Positions 25,021 to 38,869 of a stretch of 64,000 nucleotides of DNA are shown here, piece by piece. Below the pieces are notes generated by a model. It saw only the letters and a list, made by a program, of their open reading frames with translations. It ran no database searches and was not told the DNA's origin. Within the stretch, counting starts at the first letter, position 1, and every line of letters starts with the position of its first letter. The translations under genes were made by a program, and so were the position numbers. Origin of the DNA: Octopus bimaculoides (lineage: Eukaryota); assembly GCF_001194135.2 (NCBI RefSeq), contig NC_069003.1, forward strand, positions 32,665,292-32,729,291. Direction: 5' to 3'.

Positions 25021-26325
25021 TGTGTGTGTGTGAGAGAGAGAGAGAGAGTTTATTCTGTGACTTTGGACTAACATTGTATGTCAGTGCAATGTCACATGGA
25101 ATACACACTCCAGTTAAAGACACTTGCCCCAAAGTACTGAAGTTCAAAATCAAATGAAACGGTTACAAAGCCAGCTTAAACACAAAATTATGCCTTCACT
25201 CATACTCAAAGAAAACTTAAGTTGTTGTATATACCATAAAAATGGAGAATATGATAGTTGGTTGGACACAAAGTAGAAATGAGCCAAGAAAAGCTGAAAG
25301 TCATTAACAAAATCAAATCTCAAGAAGGCTACAATCAAATCAAAAATTACATTTAATATTGGATCGGATTAGATTTCCCTTGTTCAGTTCCCTGCAAAAC
25401 AAATGCCTTACTGTTTTCTCCACCAACCACAATCTGATGTAAAGGCAATAAATTTGAGCCTGAGATCACATGGCTTGACAGAGGAGTGCAGTTTTTTTTA
25501 TACTCATACCCAGCAGTAGTTAAGTCAATTTACATAGCCCCCCCCCCCCCCCNNNNNNNNNNNNNNNNNNNNNNNNNNNNNNNNNNNNNNNNNNNNNNNN
25601 CCCCCCCCGCCAGTGCTCAATTGGTACTTATTTTATCGACCCCAAAACAACAAAATGTTAAGTCAAACTTGGCAGAATTTGAACTCAGAACATAGCCACA
25701 GACAAAGTACCGCTAAGCCTTTCACCTGGCGTGCTAATGATTCTGCCAGCTTGGTACTCTATGATTTAGAATGCAGAATTAAAATGGAAAGACATTGCAT
25801 TGTAGTTTAGGCCAAATAACAGCAACATAGAAAAAAGAACGTTCATAATGAGTGAAAAAGTTTCAACAAAACAGAGCCTCGGAATTAATGTCAAATTTTA
25901 TGCAATCTTTTTTCATGTTAATTGGAACTTGATGAGCTTCTAAGTTTTAGCATTTGCATGAATACAGTTTTACATATTGTTTATAGTTAGTCACATAAAA
26001 CAACAGTAACCACCACAGCAAAAGGAGACACTATTTTCCTAATTACGTAGATATAAGTAACAGTCTCTGAAGGAACAATTGATTCAAACACTATAAATAA
26101 CCAAATTACCATTGTTATTTTTTCGGTGGCTTGCTGCTTCAGCAGAATGCAGCTTAAAAAATAAAATAAAAAAAGATGCTACTAGGTTCACTTCATGGAA
26201 TGGTTAACGCTAGAAAATGAATCCAACTGCTCTAATAATCACATGCAATTAATCTGTAGTACTATGTAAAGTATTACTGTCTGACCTCAAACCAATTTTG
26301 AATGAACAAACCTATGAACTAAAGC

Positions 26326-26580
26326 AGAGGTCCCCAATCTTTTTTGCATCACAGACCAGTTTCACACAAGACAATTTTTCCACAGACCAGGGGATCATAT
26401 GCATAACAAAACATACTGTAAAATATATTATTTAATTATTAAATATATAATACATATGTAATGCAAAAACATCCTGCCAGAGTCAATAAAATTAAAAACT
26501 TATTCTTTCTATGTTGCCCAGTACCAAATGATCCAGAGTGGCTTGGTACTTGATTGCAGCCTGGTGGTTGGGGACCCCTG
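26326..26580. mobile_element. hAT-type MITE
   Basis: Terminal inverted repeats CAGAGGTCCCCAA ... TTGGGACCCCTG; target-site duplication not evident. Confidence 0.7.
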
Positions 26581-27346
26581 ATCGAAGATATTCCAGTTAA
26601 ACCATCTTTTTTCCTAAATTACATTATCTTATGCATCTTTCTATATCAGGCACTTTGTGGCATGATTTTAGAAAACTTTAGCTACAGGAAGCATCATTTT
26701 CAATCCACGTACCATCTATTGATGCAGAGATATCTCAATTGGACAGGCCACACTGTCAGACTTGGTGACGACAGACTCCCAGAGAAAGCCTGACTCTCAC
26801 AGCTGGCAGAGGGCTATTGAAACATTGTTAGATTCAAAATGAGATTCAAGCAGGACTTAAAAGGTTTGTCTATTCTTACGGACAGGTGGTACCAGCTAGT
26901 CAGTGATTGTTCCACCAGGAGAAATTTTATTCATAAAGTCAGCCATAATTGATAATGGACAGGTTCATTTTTTCGTGTTGGGTTACATGAATATATTATT
27001 AAGGCACCGTTTTACAGTCAGATGCCTTTCTTACTACAGACCCATATTTTTCATATAAAGAATCTTATTTCACATACCTTTACAAGGTGCAAAGCTAGTA
27101 AACAATTTGTTGGCAGGAATGACATCACTGCTTATAGCTCATAATTTTTAGAGAAGGACAAATGCAAACAAACACATACTAGACAGACATAGGAGCTTCT
27201 TCCAGTTTCCATCCACCACTCACAAAGATTTAGTCAGCATGAGCTGTAGTAGAATACATGCGTAATGTGCCACATTGGGACTGAACCCAAAACTCGGTTG
27301 AGAAGCAAACTTAACCAAATATCCATGCTTCTTTTGCAGAGGATGA

Positions 27347-27610
27347 TTAATTACAGATATCACAAAACAAGGTTTCTAACCTGCATGTATGTTTACTTAA
27401 GTGATTTCCAATAGAAAATGATTTATTACAGATACAATGATAACGTTTCTTTCCAGTATGGATACATTTGTGCCTATTGTTTTCAGAAAAAGAATTACCA
27501 CACACATTGCAGTGATAAGGTTTCTCTCCTATATACCACTGTGCATATACCTTTAAGTGATCATTAGCAGAGAATGATTTATCATGTATCACAGTGATAT
27601 AGCTTCTCTC
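27347..27610 (-). pseudogene. Degenerate C2H2 zinc-finger array fragment (3-4 fingers)
   Basis: GEKPYHCNVCGNSFS...HKCIHTGKKRYHCICNKSFSIGNHL with lost ligands and a frameshift; flanked by (TA)n and SINE sequence. Confidence 0.75.
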
Positions 27611-27654
27611 GCTCTCTCTCACATATATACATACACACATACCTAAACATATTG

Positions 27655-27718
<64 letters not shown>

Positions 27719-27789
27719 ATAGATAGATAGATAGAAAGATAGATATCCCACCTATATATATGTTTAAATACATGTCTTATATAACACCT

Positions 27790-29150
27790 GAGAGGAAGGA
27801 AGAGGATGATTAAATACTCCTGCAAGAAAAAGACAAGATTTGTGGATGAACCAAGGTAAAATGGTGATGAAATAGTACAGTAGATAGAGCCATGAAAGTT
27901 CAGACAGGTCTGAAAAGAGTAAAGGAAAGGTGAGGAGTACAGGTTAGCAAAACATCATATATAAGGGAGAGAAATTGAAAGTAAAAGCTTTGCCTATGTT
28001 CTCTGCTGCAAAGACAACAGGCATTCAGTGTATTGGAAGGAAAGATGTTAAAGTAAATCAAGTTCATTGTTGAAAAGTTTATATGGAATAGCAACAACAC
28101 ATTTGCGTTTACCAATGACAAGAAAGAGACATGGAAACAATATAAGCAACTGCTGATGAGGGGAATGTGTTGCCCCAAGTGGACCCAACAGTAGGACCAG
28201 TTGTTGAGGTTTACTACTATGCAGAACTAAAGGTCATGAAGCAGACAGGTAACCCACAAGGGATAGTCATTGAGATGTTGAAAGTAGGTGTTGATCATGA
28301 AGTGGTACAGACAGGTGTTATCTCCAATTGGCTGGCAAAGTAGCAGCTCTGTGAACTGCTTGAAAAGTAAAGGAGAGACTTTTGAAAGAAGTTAACTCCA
28401 AAAACATTAAACTAACAGACAAAAGCACAAGTGACAGAGATGTACCAAAGCTCATCCTCAAAATAACTAACCAGCTTAGATGAAATGTAGTTTGAATTTA
28501 TGCTAGTGTGTGAGACTAAAAATGCTTTCTTCTTAGTGAAGCAACTACAGAAGTTCTTATGAAAAATAAACCAATATATCTAGAATTCTGTGAAACAGAG
28601 AAGCTTTCTGATTGGGTGTCATGCTCTGTAGTTTGGTGGCTGCAATGAAAACCAGAGAATGAAGAATGGCTTGTGAAAGATATGCAAACCGTAGACACGT
28701 TTTGTATGGTTCTCACAGTAAACTGAGTGATATGCAGGTCGATGTCCATCAGGGCTCAAACATTTCAATTAACAGAGAAAAGAGAAAAAAACTAAAATGC
28801 AGAAAGGGAGTGAGAAATCTAAATAGTGTATCCACTGTCAATGAATAAACAAAAGATAGTGGGATATCAGACAGGCTAACAGAAGGATTTCATATGTAAC
28901 AGAACTACAAGAAAAGTTAAATTAGCAGTAAGAGCATCCATGAAATGTATTCTTTCAGCTGCCAAAATGCTTGTCAGAAATAGTTGATAGCTTCTGTTGG
29001 TTTAGGCGACCTTAATCAGTGAAGTAGGAGGAGTGACAAAAGCACAAATGTGGAAGTCAATGGAATGGAAACAGTTCAAGGAGCTACTATTACCTCTGTT
29101 GGCAACAGAGTTTTTCTCTCTATGAATGAAGAGCAGAGGGTATGAAGTAG
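27790..29150 (+). mobile_element. Old RTE-clade LINE reverse-transcriptase remnant
   Basis: Degenerate motifs GIVIEMLKVG, LDEM*FEFM and QVDVHQGS, homologous to the RTE segments at 35-36.7 kb; many stops and indels. Confidence 0.65.
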
Positions 29151-29271
29151 TGTTACATCATAGTGAGACATGAACACAATGTGGATTGATAAGCAAAAAA
29201 AAAGTAGCAGTAGAAAAAGGCATGTTCTACTGAATATGTAATGAGAAAAAAGAAACTAAGCATAAAAACAA

Positions 29272-29333
<62 letters not shown>

Positions 29334-29350
29334 ATATATATATATATATG

Positions 29351-29383
<33 letters not shown>

Positions 29384-29404
29384 ATAAAACCACAAAGGTT
29401 CTTT

Positions 29405-29631
29405 TTAACCCTTTAGCATTCAGATTGTTTTGTCAAATGTAATACATATTTATTCACATTGCTTAGAATTAATCATGAATTAATCTTGTAGCATCAAAAT
29501 TTTGATGTGATTGTCCATTTTTAGAATGACATTGTAGGGTAGGTGTGAGAAGAAAGATTTGGCCACATTGAACATAAAAGCAAACGGAATATTTTTGCTG
29601 GATATGGCTGGTTTATATGCTAAAGGGTTAA
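29405..29631. mobile_element. piggyBac-type MITE, copy 1
   Basis: TTAA|CCCTTTAGCAT ... ATGCTAAAGGG|TTAA: TTAA duplication plus terminal inverted repeats. Confidence 0.85.
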
Positions 29632-30510
29632 ATTAAATCGTTTGCAAAAGGTTACAGATACACCTTTGCCACTCTCACCATCAGAATGTAGTGGCCAGTT
29701 ATTGATTCATTGGAAACTTGAACCCAGATTTAAACTGTTGTTTAAAAATTGCAATGTAAAATAATACACACACAATGGTTATCTCTAACAATCTGGTTTT
29801 CTCCTCAACATACTGTCAATCAACAAATCTATGTTAAGCCAGCAAGGGAATCTTCAAGCAAATTCAACCTGCAAGAAATAATCAAATGTCCCTCAAATAA
29901 CACTGCTTTCTCAAATACAGTATAAGCTGGGATCTCGCTTAAGACAAACTCCTGCATTTTTGTGAAAAGATGAATTTAATATCAAAAGGCAATCTTTATC
30001 CCCAACTTAACTTGGATATTGTGTTAGAATACAGAATACTGCATTATTTACCTTGAGAGGACCCCTCATATGGACTCCTGCTACATAAAAGCCCTCATAT
30101 TTATATCATTGACAGATAAGAACCACCTATTACAGCTGCTGGAACTGTCAGATCATGTGATTTTTATGTTTTGGATAATTCAGTAACAGACATCCAGTAG
30201 TGGACATGACAGCCGAATCTTCCCTCAACAATATATTGAATATCAGTGACTATTCAAGAAGAGTTATCATATGTACAAGCAAACCACAGAAATATTTTCT
30301 ACCATGAACGAATCTGAAACTAGTACCTACAGAATATATTTTAATCAGTGAGCCAACAAGGAAATGAGGTTGTGTGAGGGGTTGTTAAAATAGCACCCAA
30401 AATCTCCTTTGAAACAAAACAATTCCTAAAAACAATTCAATTTTATGAAAGTTGCTCAAAAATCTAATCACATATCAACTGATCCTTACCATACAAAGAA
30501 TTGTTGTTCT

Positions 30511-30730
30511 TTAACCTTTTAGTATTCAGATTACTGCCAAATGTCATATTTATTCACATTGCTTTGAATTAATCATGTATCATTTTGTGGTTTTGAGATT
30601 TCAATGATGTGATTGTATATTTTCAGAATGATATTGTAGGGTAAGTGTGAGAAGCCAGATCTGACCAGTTTGAACAAAAAACATAGAATATTTGGGCTGG
30701 ATGTGGCTAGTTTAAATGCTAAAGGGTTAA
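30511..30730. mobile_element. piggyBac-type MITE, copy 2 (same family and orientation as 29405)
   Basis: TTAA|CCTTTTAGTAT ... ATGCTAAAGGG|TTAA; internal sequence aligns with copy 1. Confidence 0.85.
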
Positions 30731-32439
30731 GCCAAGACAGCATTAACCAAGCAGACTTTGTGGACAAAGGTATTTTAGCCAAGAACCCCATTCCACTAGC
30801 ATTCTTTTGGAGAATAAGTTTATAACCACATAATCCAAAGTGCCCTTTCCTCATTTAAAAGACTTAGTTGCTATTTCTAACAGGTTGAGTGACCTCATAG
30901 CTGTGACACTACTAGCTCAAATAAACTGTTGGCTACTATAGGTAAAAACATGATACAATTAACTATCTATGACTATTATATTACAGGTATGTACAAACTT
31001 AAAATGAAATCATTAACACCAGAACATTGGTTTCCTTCAAGGAATAAATATTTTTAATTTGAAAATCGATTAGTTTGCCACTAAATGGAATGATTGTTAT
31101 TAAATCAGTCATTTCTTTAGAAAAAAACTGACCATATATCATCATAGAGAAATTTAATGTTCATGTATTTTATTGTGGTTGTTGTTTAGCATCAAGTCAT
31201 CCATGATCAAGCTGATCTATGACCAACCAGCATTCCACTCATGAGAATCCAGTCTTTTATTCAGTGTATCTAAGACTACTATCTCACTTCAAGATAGCAT
31301 GGTATAATTTGAGAGATTTAAATACTATTTCTAGCAGAGCAAAATGGCTACATTGAGTACTACATTGACTCCAGTATTAGTTTTCCCTTTGGTTATTAGG
31401 TGAACATATTTAACCTGTAAGACTCATTACTGGTGGTGGATCTAGAAATATAACGTATCTTCAGACAAAAATCAATGTTGTTTATCCTCAAGTCAGCCTA
31501 AGCAAACAGATCTATGACCATCCTGTCAATCTTGGTTTAAACTAACATTACCCAATGTGCCCATCCCTCTTAAAATAGGAAAGCAGGGTGAGGTAAGTGG
31601 AAATCTTCACTTATGACTAACAAATCCAGTGATCACAGATGATCCACCATTCTTGCTTAACAAGACCTGTAATCAAGTGTTCTATCCATGACCATGCCAT
31701 TTGAAATATTTTTTTCAGATGTCATGATTATCCAATATAATCAGAGATATCGGGGCTTGGGGATTTTTTTTTTTACAGTACTTCCAGATTTGATGGGCAA
31801 GTGGCAGCTAATTTTAGTTGACTGACAAACCATGGAGGTCGCTCAATCTCATCATCATAAGTATGTGAACAAACTAAAAAGATATTCAAGAAATTAGTAT
31901 TTTTAACAAAAAAAAAAAAAAAAAAAAAAAAAAAACTTGTACGTTCCCCATTTTTCTAGTCAGCACCTCTCAAGGAAACAAAAAGAACAAAGGATTTAAC
32001 AGAAATTGCAGTCTCATTTCCCCAACCCTAAATTTCATAACTTTCATTTTGGTTGTCCAAAATATTATTGTATTCTTCAATAACTTCTCCCTCGTCCACA
32101 TTCTTTTAACCATATAAAACATGAATCACACTCACCACCTGAAATGTTACTGAAAATAAAAAGCTTTACTGGAAGACTTCCTACAAAATCTATCTTTAAT
32201 TTGATCCAGCATGTGACTAGTTCTACTTAATAGGCTTAATTTACGATTAGGGACGACAGACTTAAGTAGAAGAAATATCACAGACACAAATACATAGCTA
32301 TAACATTCTACACGCTATTAGTCTGTGTATATAATGCTTAACTACAGAAAGAAATCAAAAACCATATTCACACATATCTGTAAGACAATTGACAGGGAAA
32401 TATTTTAAATGTGTTTTGTGTATATTTTATATATATATA

Positions 32440-32815
32440 TATATCTGTAACTAGCACCATTTGAGCGTGATCGTTACCAGCATCACCTTGTAGCACTTGT
32501 GCTGGTGGCAGGTTAGAAAATCATTCGAGCGAGGTCATTGCCAGTGCTGCTGGACTGGGTCCCATGCAGGTGGCACATAAAAAAACACCATTTTCAGTGT
32601 GGCCGTTGCCAGTACTGCCTGACTGGCCTTTGTGCCAGTGTCACATAAAAGCATCCACTACACTCTCAGAGTGGTTGGCGTTAGGAAGGGCATCCAGCTG
32701 TAGAAACTCTGCCAGATCAGATTGGAGCCTGGTGCAGCCTTCTGGCTTGCCAGTCCTCAGTCAAATCGTCCAACCCATGCTAGCATGGAAAGCGGACGTT
32801 AAACGATGATGATAT
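32440..32815 (+). mobile_element. SINE or truncated LINE carrying the RTE 3' tail
   Basis: cactacactctcagagtggttggcgttaggaagggcatccagctgtagaaac...ccatgctagcatggaaagcggacgttaaacgatgatg is near-identical to 37105-37290. Confidence 0.8.
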
Positions 32816-33049
32816 ATATATATATATATATGAGTGAACAAACAAAAAAAGTGGCACTCAATACATTTGGTAGGAGTATGATTTAATAACAGTTTGACTC
32901 AGCTTCGTGCAACTTCAAAGCTTTGAAGGCTCATAGAACAAACCTATCTTGACAGGCATCAACAGGCCAACAAAACCTTTAAGTTGCATGGAGACGAGTT
33001 GAACCATTGCTAAATTTTCTATATAACTGATCTGTTCTTTTTAGCATCC

Positions 33050-33440
33050 TCCACAACACACGAGACAGCTACTGTACTTTGTTCAGAGGGACAATGTATT
33101 CAAATACAACCCTAGGGACTTCTCATTGATATGAAAATAAGAACAGTACAGCAAATTAAGGTTTGTTAATATCTGGGCTGCTTTACATACTATGGGAGTT
33201 CACAAATGTAAGTTACTGGTTGTCATCAGCAAAAATTTACATCCCAGGGCCTTCAAAGGTATAGCAGTTTCTAGTGATTTACCATGCCAAGAAGATTACA
33301 CAACAGATTACAGTATTACACGGGAATGGTTTGAAAAGATATTTTGTTCCTAAAAAACTCATTGCAATTCTCTTTGCATAGGTCACAATGCGGTATCCGC
33401 TCCCTATCTACCTGTACACTAATTCAAGACCTAGACAGGT
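33050..33440 (+). mobile_element. pogo/Tigger transposase remnant
   Basis: MGVHKCKLLVVISKNLHPRAFKG...WFEKIF matches the DDE_1 segment G.HKLKLLVIGKS..PRAFKG...WF..; broken by stops. Confidence 0.6.
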
Positions 33441-34284
33441 ATATTACATTACCATGTGGTGCATCAGCATGGCCGCAGCTCTGAGCTGAAACTTTGAAAA
33501 CAAAAGAAATGTATCTGCACCACTCCTTGTTTATGAGGTGCCAACCAAGTGCAGTTAACTCAGGCAGACCAATGCAAGAGTTTAAGGAATTTATTATAAG
33601 ATATGGTTTAATGTGTTTCCAATGTTAGGAAGTCTGTAGAGGTCTCCACATTGAACAATGAATAGCACAAACCATGGCCAGTCTTCCTGTCTGTTTCTAT
33701 ATCTAGTAAAGACACACAAGAAACAATTTTATAGAGTTTAGAATTTGAATGGGGAAAAAATTATCCATAAATTACTTTCATTTCTTCATGGTTGGCCAGG
33801 ATATTACATTGAAAAAGAATGAAAACAATTTTATAGAATGGGTGGATGTAGATAAACACTGTGGCTAATGTTTATTATTCTAACTTGGAAACTGTTACAT
33901 TTGGCTGTAGGTCTTAGGAATAAAAGATAATGAAGAAAGCCATAACAGAAGTTGTGGCAGAAAGAACTTCTATTGATAGGTTAATTCAGTTGACAGGTGA
34001 AGGCTACATGGTCTAGAGCAGGCATGGGCAATTTTTTTGCAAGAAGTAGGCCACATGAGACAGAATTCATCACTACTAAAATAAGTCAAAGATAATTGTC
34101 CATCAGGGTACCATTCAGAAAGTCCTGTGGGTCACAGGCTGCCTGTGACTGGTAATTTGATAGTAGGATGAGGTGGTTAGTTGCAGGGTAAACTGCATGT
34201 GCTAATCAAGGCACTAGCAAACCCAACACAGAACTAGCAATGCCAGATTAGTGTAGGTCAAATGTATATACTCATACACACACA

Positions 34285-36085
34285 ACCATTTAATGTCCCT
34301 TTTCCCATACTGGCATGGGTTGGATGGTTCAAGATATGAACTGATGAGTTACCATGGTTTTTACAACTGGATGCCTTTCCCAACACCAACCACTTCAGAG
34401 AGTATGGGGTGTTTTTTTTGTGGCACCCCTACTGCTACTGGTGAGATCACCAAGTACCTGCAAGAAGGTATGAAAGTATAATAGGACAGGAACAAGTGTC
34501 TTGTTGAAAAGGTGATTACATGGCTTCCCTATCTGGAAAGAGAGAGATGAAAGGTCAAAGGTACAACGTAAATGAATATGAGAGAGAGAAATAGGATAGA
34601 GGTACAGAAAAGATGGGTGGGTAGATAAGTGGGTAAGAGGGAGAATAGTGACATGATTAAGAGATGGGGATTGAGTTGGACATAGAGAATATCAGTCAAG
34701 GAAAGAAAGAAAATAAGAGTGGGTCAGAGAGGAGGGAGTGACAAGGACAGTAGTAGGGATACAATATGAAATGTAGGAGGATAAGTGGTATCATTTGCAG
34801 CTCCTGAGTAGTACCATAGCAGATTGTAAGGATGAGTGTTAGAAGAGGAGTTATGAGGGAAGGCTAGACAGGACCTTAATTCTACCAAGTTGGACAGGTC
34901 TTCTTAAACACAACACATCACCATTCATCTTCGATGAAAGGCTCAAAATTTTCACCACTTCATTCCTGGGTCTCCCTTTCCAATGTTTAGCAATCAACAT
35001 TTTATATAGCGGTCCTCATCCATCTCCATCACATGACCATACCAATGCAGTCTTTTCTGGTGCACACCACATCTGATGCCTTTTATTCCCAATTTTTCTC
35101 TCAATACATTTGTACTTTGTTTTGCATATCAACTGACATTGCAAATCCAGTGGAGCAAGAAGCAGCTAGGATTCTTTCTGCAATATTTTACACAGTCCGA
35201 CCTACACAGGTTAATGGGTGACAAGCAAAATAGAAATTTTGAAAGAAATTCCAAAAAAACTAGTTTTTAAACACTGAATCACTATGGGGGTCCACAAGAA
35301 TAAAATAGCAAGCAAACGGGTCCATAGATAAAAGAATGGTTGAGAACCCCTGCTCTAGCATGTCCTCTATTCACAGCTCAAGCTTCACAACCTTGTAGCA
35401 TTGCTGTCCATACACAGGCATCATACAATCTACCTTTCAGTCTGTGAAGGAGACCTTTTGTTACCAACAGAGGTAACAGTTGTCTGAACTTTCTCCAGCC
35501 AGTTATTCTAGTAACTGTACTTTCTCCACTACTGATTAGGTCTCCTAGGTAACAGGATTGTCCTGAGCATTCTTTTTCCCATGTGTTCTTAGTGTTTATT
35601 GCACCTGTACATCTACCACAAACAAAATCTACTTTCTCTGCTAACCTTCCTATGATTTCACTGCATTCTTAAGTATCCATGTTTTACACCGAGTACAGCA
35701 AGTGGAATTTCTACCAATACCTCTTCTACATATTGAACAGGGTCAATTACCCAAAGGGATTAACATTAATTTTAAGGCCCTTTGATTCCAGGTTCTGCTT
35801 CCACACTTAGAATTTCATTTCTAATTTTACTAGAGTTTCAGCAATAAGAACAAGGTCATCAATATCAAGGAGCTCTCATGAGCTAACTCCTAAGTCATGG
35901 CCTGGAAGCCTATGATAAAAAAAAAAGAGGGGACTGATGACTGAACCCTGATGAACTCCTACTCATACACATAATTCATCATTGTACCCATCGTTAATTC
36001 TCACCTTACTGACAGTATCTCTGTACATTGCATCTAAAGCATTGTAATTAGGCTTGTTAGAAAATGAACGAAGCCTGTCATGTGT
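34285..36085 (-). mobile_element. Old RTE-clade LINE 3' half (RT end, C-terminal region, 3' tail), interrupted by a small hAT MITE fragment near 35283-35356
   Basis: Minus-strand YRDTVSKVRINDG...VGVHQGS, KGRLYDACV, LREKLGIKGIRCGV..KRLHWYGHV, followed by the shared tail at 34290-34450. Confidence 0.7.
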
Positions 36086-36094
36086 ACGTATGTG

Positions 36095-36153
<59 letters not shown>

Positions 36154-36394
36154 ACAAACACATATGAATATACATGCCTATGAGGGTGTGTTTGTCTCCT
36201 TGCCTTCACAAGGCTTGATAGTTATAGATGAATAGATGAAGCAGTGTCCATGTCTTATCTTCAGCAAAAGCATCTGGTGATGGGGAAATATCTTGTGTGT
36301 GTATTATATACACAATATATAATATACAAACATATACACACATTCATATATACATAGGCATAGTTATGTAGTTGCACATGTATTATATATACAC

Positions 36395-37290
36395 ATGCGT
36401 AGTGGGGGTGGGTGCGCTGAAAGTGTAGCTGCTAGAATAAGAATAGCCTGGGCAAAGTTTAGAGAGCTCTTACCCCTGCTGGCGACAAAGGGACTCTCAC
36501 TCAGAGTAAAAGGCAGACTGTATGACGCATGCGTACGAACAGCCATGCTACATGGCAGTGAAACATGGGCTGTAACTGCTGAGGACATACGTAAGCTCGC
36601 AAGGAATGAAGCCAGTATGCTCCGTTGGATGTGTAATGTCAATGTGAATACCCGTCAGAGTGTAAGTATCTTGAGAGAAAAGCTGAACATTAGAAGCATC
36701 AGTTGTGGCGTGCAAGAGAGACAATTGCNNNNNNNNNNNNNNNNNNNNNNNNNNNNNNNNNNNNNNNNNNNNNNNNNNNNNNNNNNNNNNNNNNNNNNNN
36801 NNNNNNNNNNNNNNNNNNNNNNNNNNNNNNNNNNNNNNNNNNNNNNNNNNNNNNNNNNNNNNNNNNNNNNNNNNNNNNNNNNNNNNNNNNNNNNNNNNNN
36901 NNNNNNNNNNNNNNNNNNNNNNNNNNNNNNNNNNNNNNNNNNNNNNNNNNNNNNNNNNNNNNNNNNNNNNNNNNNNNNNNNNNNNNNNNNNNNNNNNNNN
37001 NNNNNNNNNNNNNNNNNNNNNNNNNNNNNNNNNNNNNNNNNNNNNNNNNNNNNNNNNNNNNNNNNNNNNNNNNNNNNNNNNNNNNNNNNNNNNNNNNNNN
37101 NNNNGACACGTAAAAGCACCCACTACACTCTCTGAGTGGTTGGCGTTAGGAAGGGCATCCAGCTGTAGAAACTCTGCCAAATCAGACTGGAGCCTGGTGT
37201 TGCCATCCGGTTTCACCAGTCCTCAGTCAAATCGTCCAACCCATGCTAGCATGGAAAGCGGACGTTAAACGATGATGATGATGATGCATA
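36395..37290 (+). mobile_element. Younger 5'-truncated RTE-clade LINE (gap 36729-37104 inside)
   Basis: 111 open codons GGGCAESVAARIRIAWAKFRELLPLL...LYDACVRTAMLHGSETW...MLRWMCNV, then the shared tail ending in (GAT)n. Confidence 0.88.
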
Positions 37291-37316
37291 CAAATATGCA
37301 CATGTATATATACACC

Positions 37317-37356
<40 letters not shown>

Positions 37357-38043
37357 TGGATTCACAAATATTATATAGACATACACATATACACAAATCT
37401 AAAAACAGATACACACATGCTTGAATACTCATGTATAATTATATATTTATAAACATGTATATACACAACCAGGCACATACATACACACTAGTTACATCCA
37501 CAAGCATAACTTCAAAAAGTGTGCCTCCACCCTCGCCGACTGATTCATAACTTTAAAACGCCCCACCCACCCCACTCCATCAACAAACAGAAGTGTGTCC
37601 CTTTTGACTTCGTTCCAAAATTTTTATTTTCCATATTTTGCTGAGATATTTATAATCTACACTTTCGAAAAACTCACCTAGACAATTTCATTAAAAATAT
37701 GCATTTAACTATATGCATCAGTGAAAGGGGGGGTTCCTTCAAATAAAAATATTCTCCCTGCCCACATAATGGTTACACAGTCCAAAATGTGTATCGAAAT
37801 TTCAGTTAATTACATTTAACAGAACGTTACATGGAAACAGTCAGGAGGTGGGGGTAGCACTTCGGTAGATATTACCCCCTCTTTCTGTGTAATTATATAT
37901 ACGCATACAGAAACATTTACATACATACATGGTCCAGCCCATGCCAGTATGAAACATGAAAATGTGTGTGTGTATATATATACACACACACAAACACGAT
38001 ACATGAATCTATGCATTTAACATCAATACACACATAAACACGA

Positions 38044-38096
<53 letters not shown>

Positions 38097-38524
38097 GAGA
38101 GAGAGTGTGTGTGTGTGTGTAGATTCTCTAGTCATTTACAGTAGAACATCACTGAACTCCCAGTTCCATGTTCAACTGCTTCTTCGAAATTCTTCATAGA
38201 GTGGAAATACATGCTTTGTTATTTTTAACTCTTTACGCGGATGGATATATGAAATATTAATTCTAAAATTTCGATCAAAAAAAAAAGATAGCAAAATATT
38301 TACAACTTAATAAAGTATGTGGCAATATATTTCTACATACATAATATTATCATAAGACGGTAGGTTACAAAGTGACCCCCACGGCCGAAAGTTTCGTGCA
38401 TTGGCACTTAATGCACAACACTTGGCTCTTGAATCTACGCAACTTTCACCGATTAATAAATAATATAGTCAATCGCTTGTGTATATGTATATATATATAT
38501 AGGTACTACTAAAGAAGAGTGGTA

Positions 38525-38568
<44 letters not shown>

Positions 38569-38781
38569 GCACAAATATTCAAAATACTGATTTCTACCAT
38601 AAGCACAATAAAATGAAAAGCAATAAAGAAAATGTTGAAGAGGATGTACGTGTTCACGTTAATAAAAGTACAAATAATAATAAAAAAAGAAACCTGAGTG
38701 AATTAAGGTAGGCTTCTAATTCATAAAGTGTACACGTAGCAGTAATGGGGGGGACGAAGAACAAATTATAAGTTTGCTTAC

Positions 38782-38869
38782 CAGTACAGATGGTTGAGTT
38801 AACAAAATATCTAACGAAAATGCATTTGGCTTCTTTTTTTTTCCTCTTAAATAATAACCAACCAGAAAT
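38782..38869 (-). other. Candidate additional 5' UTR exon (or end of an alternative first exon)
   Basis: Strong donor CTG|GTAAGC at 38782/38781; possible acceptor cttttag| at 38871-38870. Would carry a 4-codon uORF ATG CAT TTT CGT TAG. Confidence 0.33.

Noticed and set aside
36548-37268. Several ORFs spanning 36729-37104
   Set aside because: Gap artefacts; only the RTE frame 36395-36728 is real coding-derived sequence.
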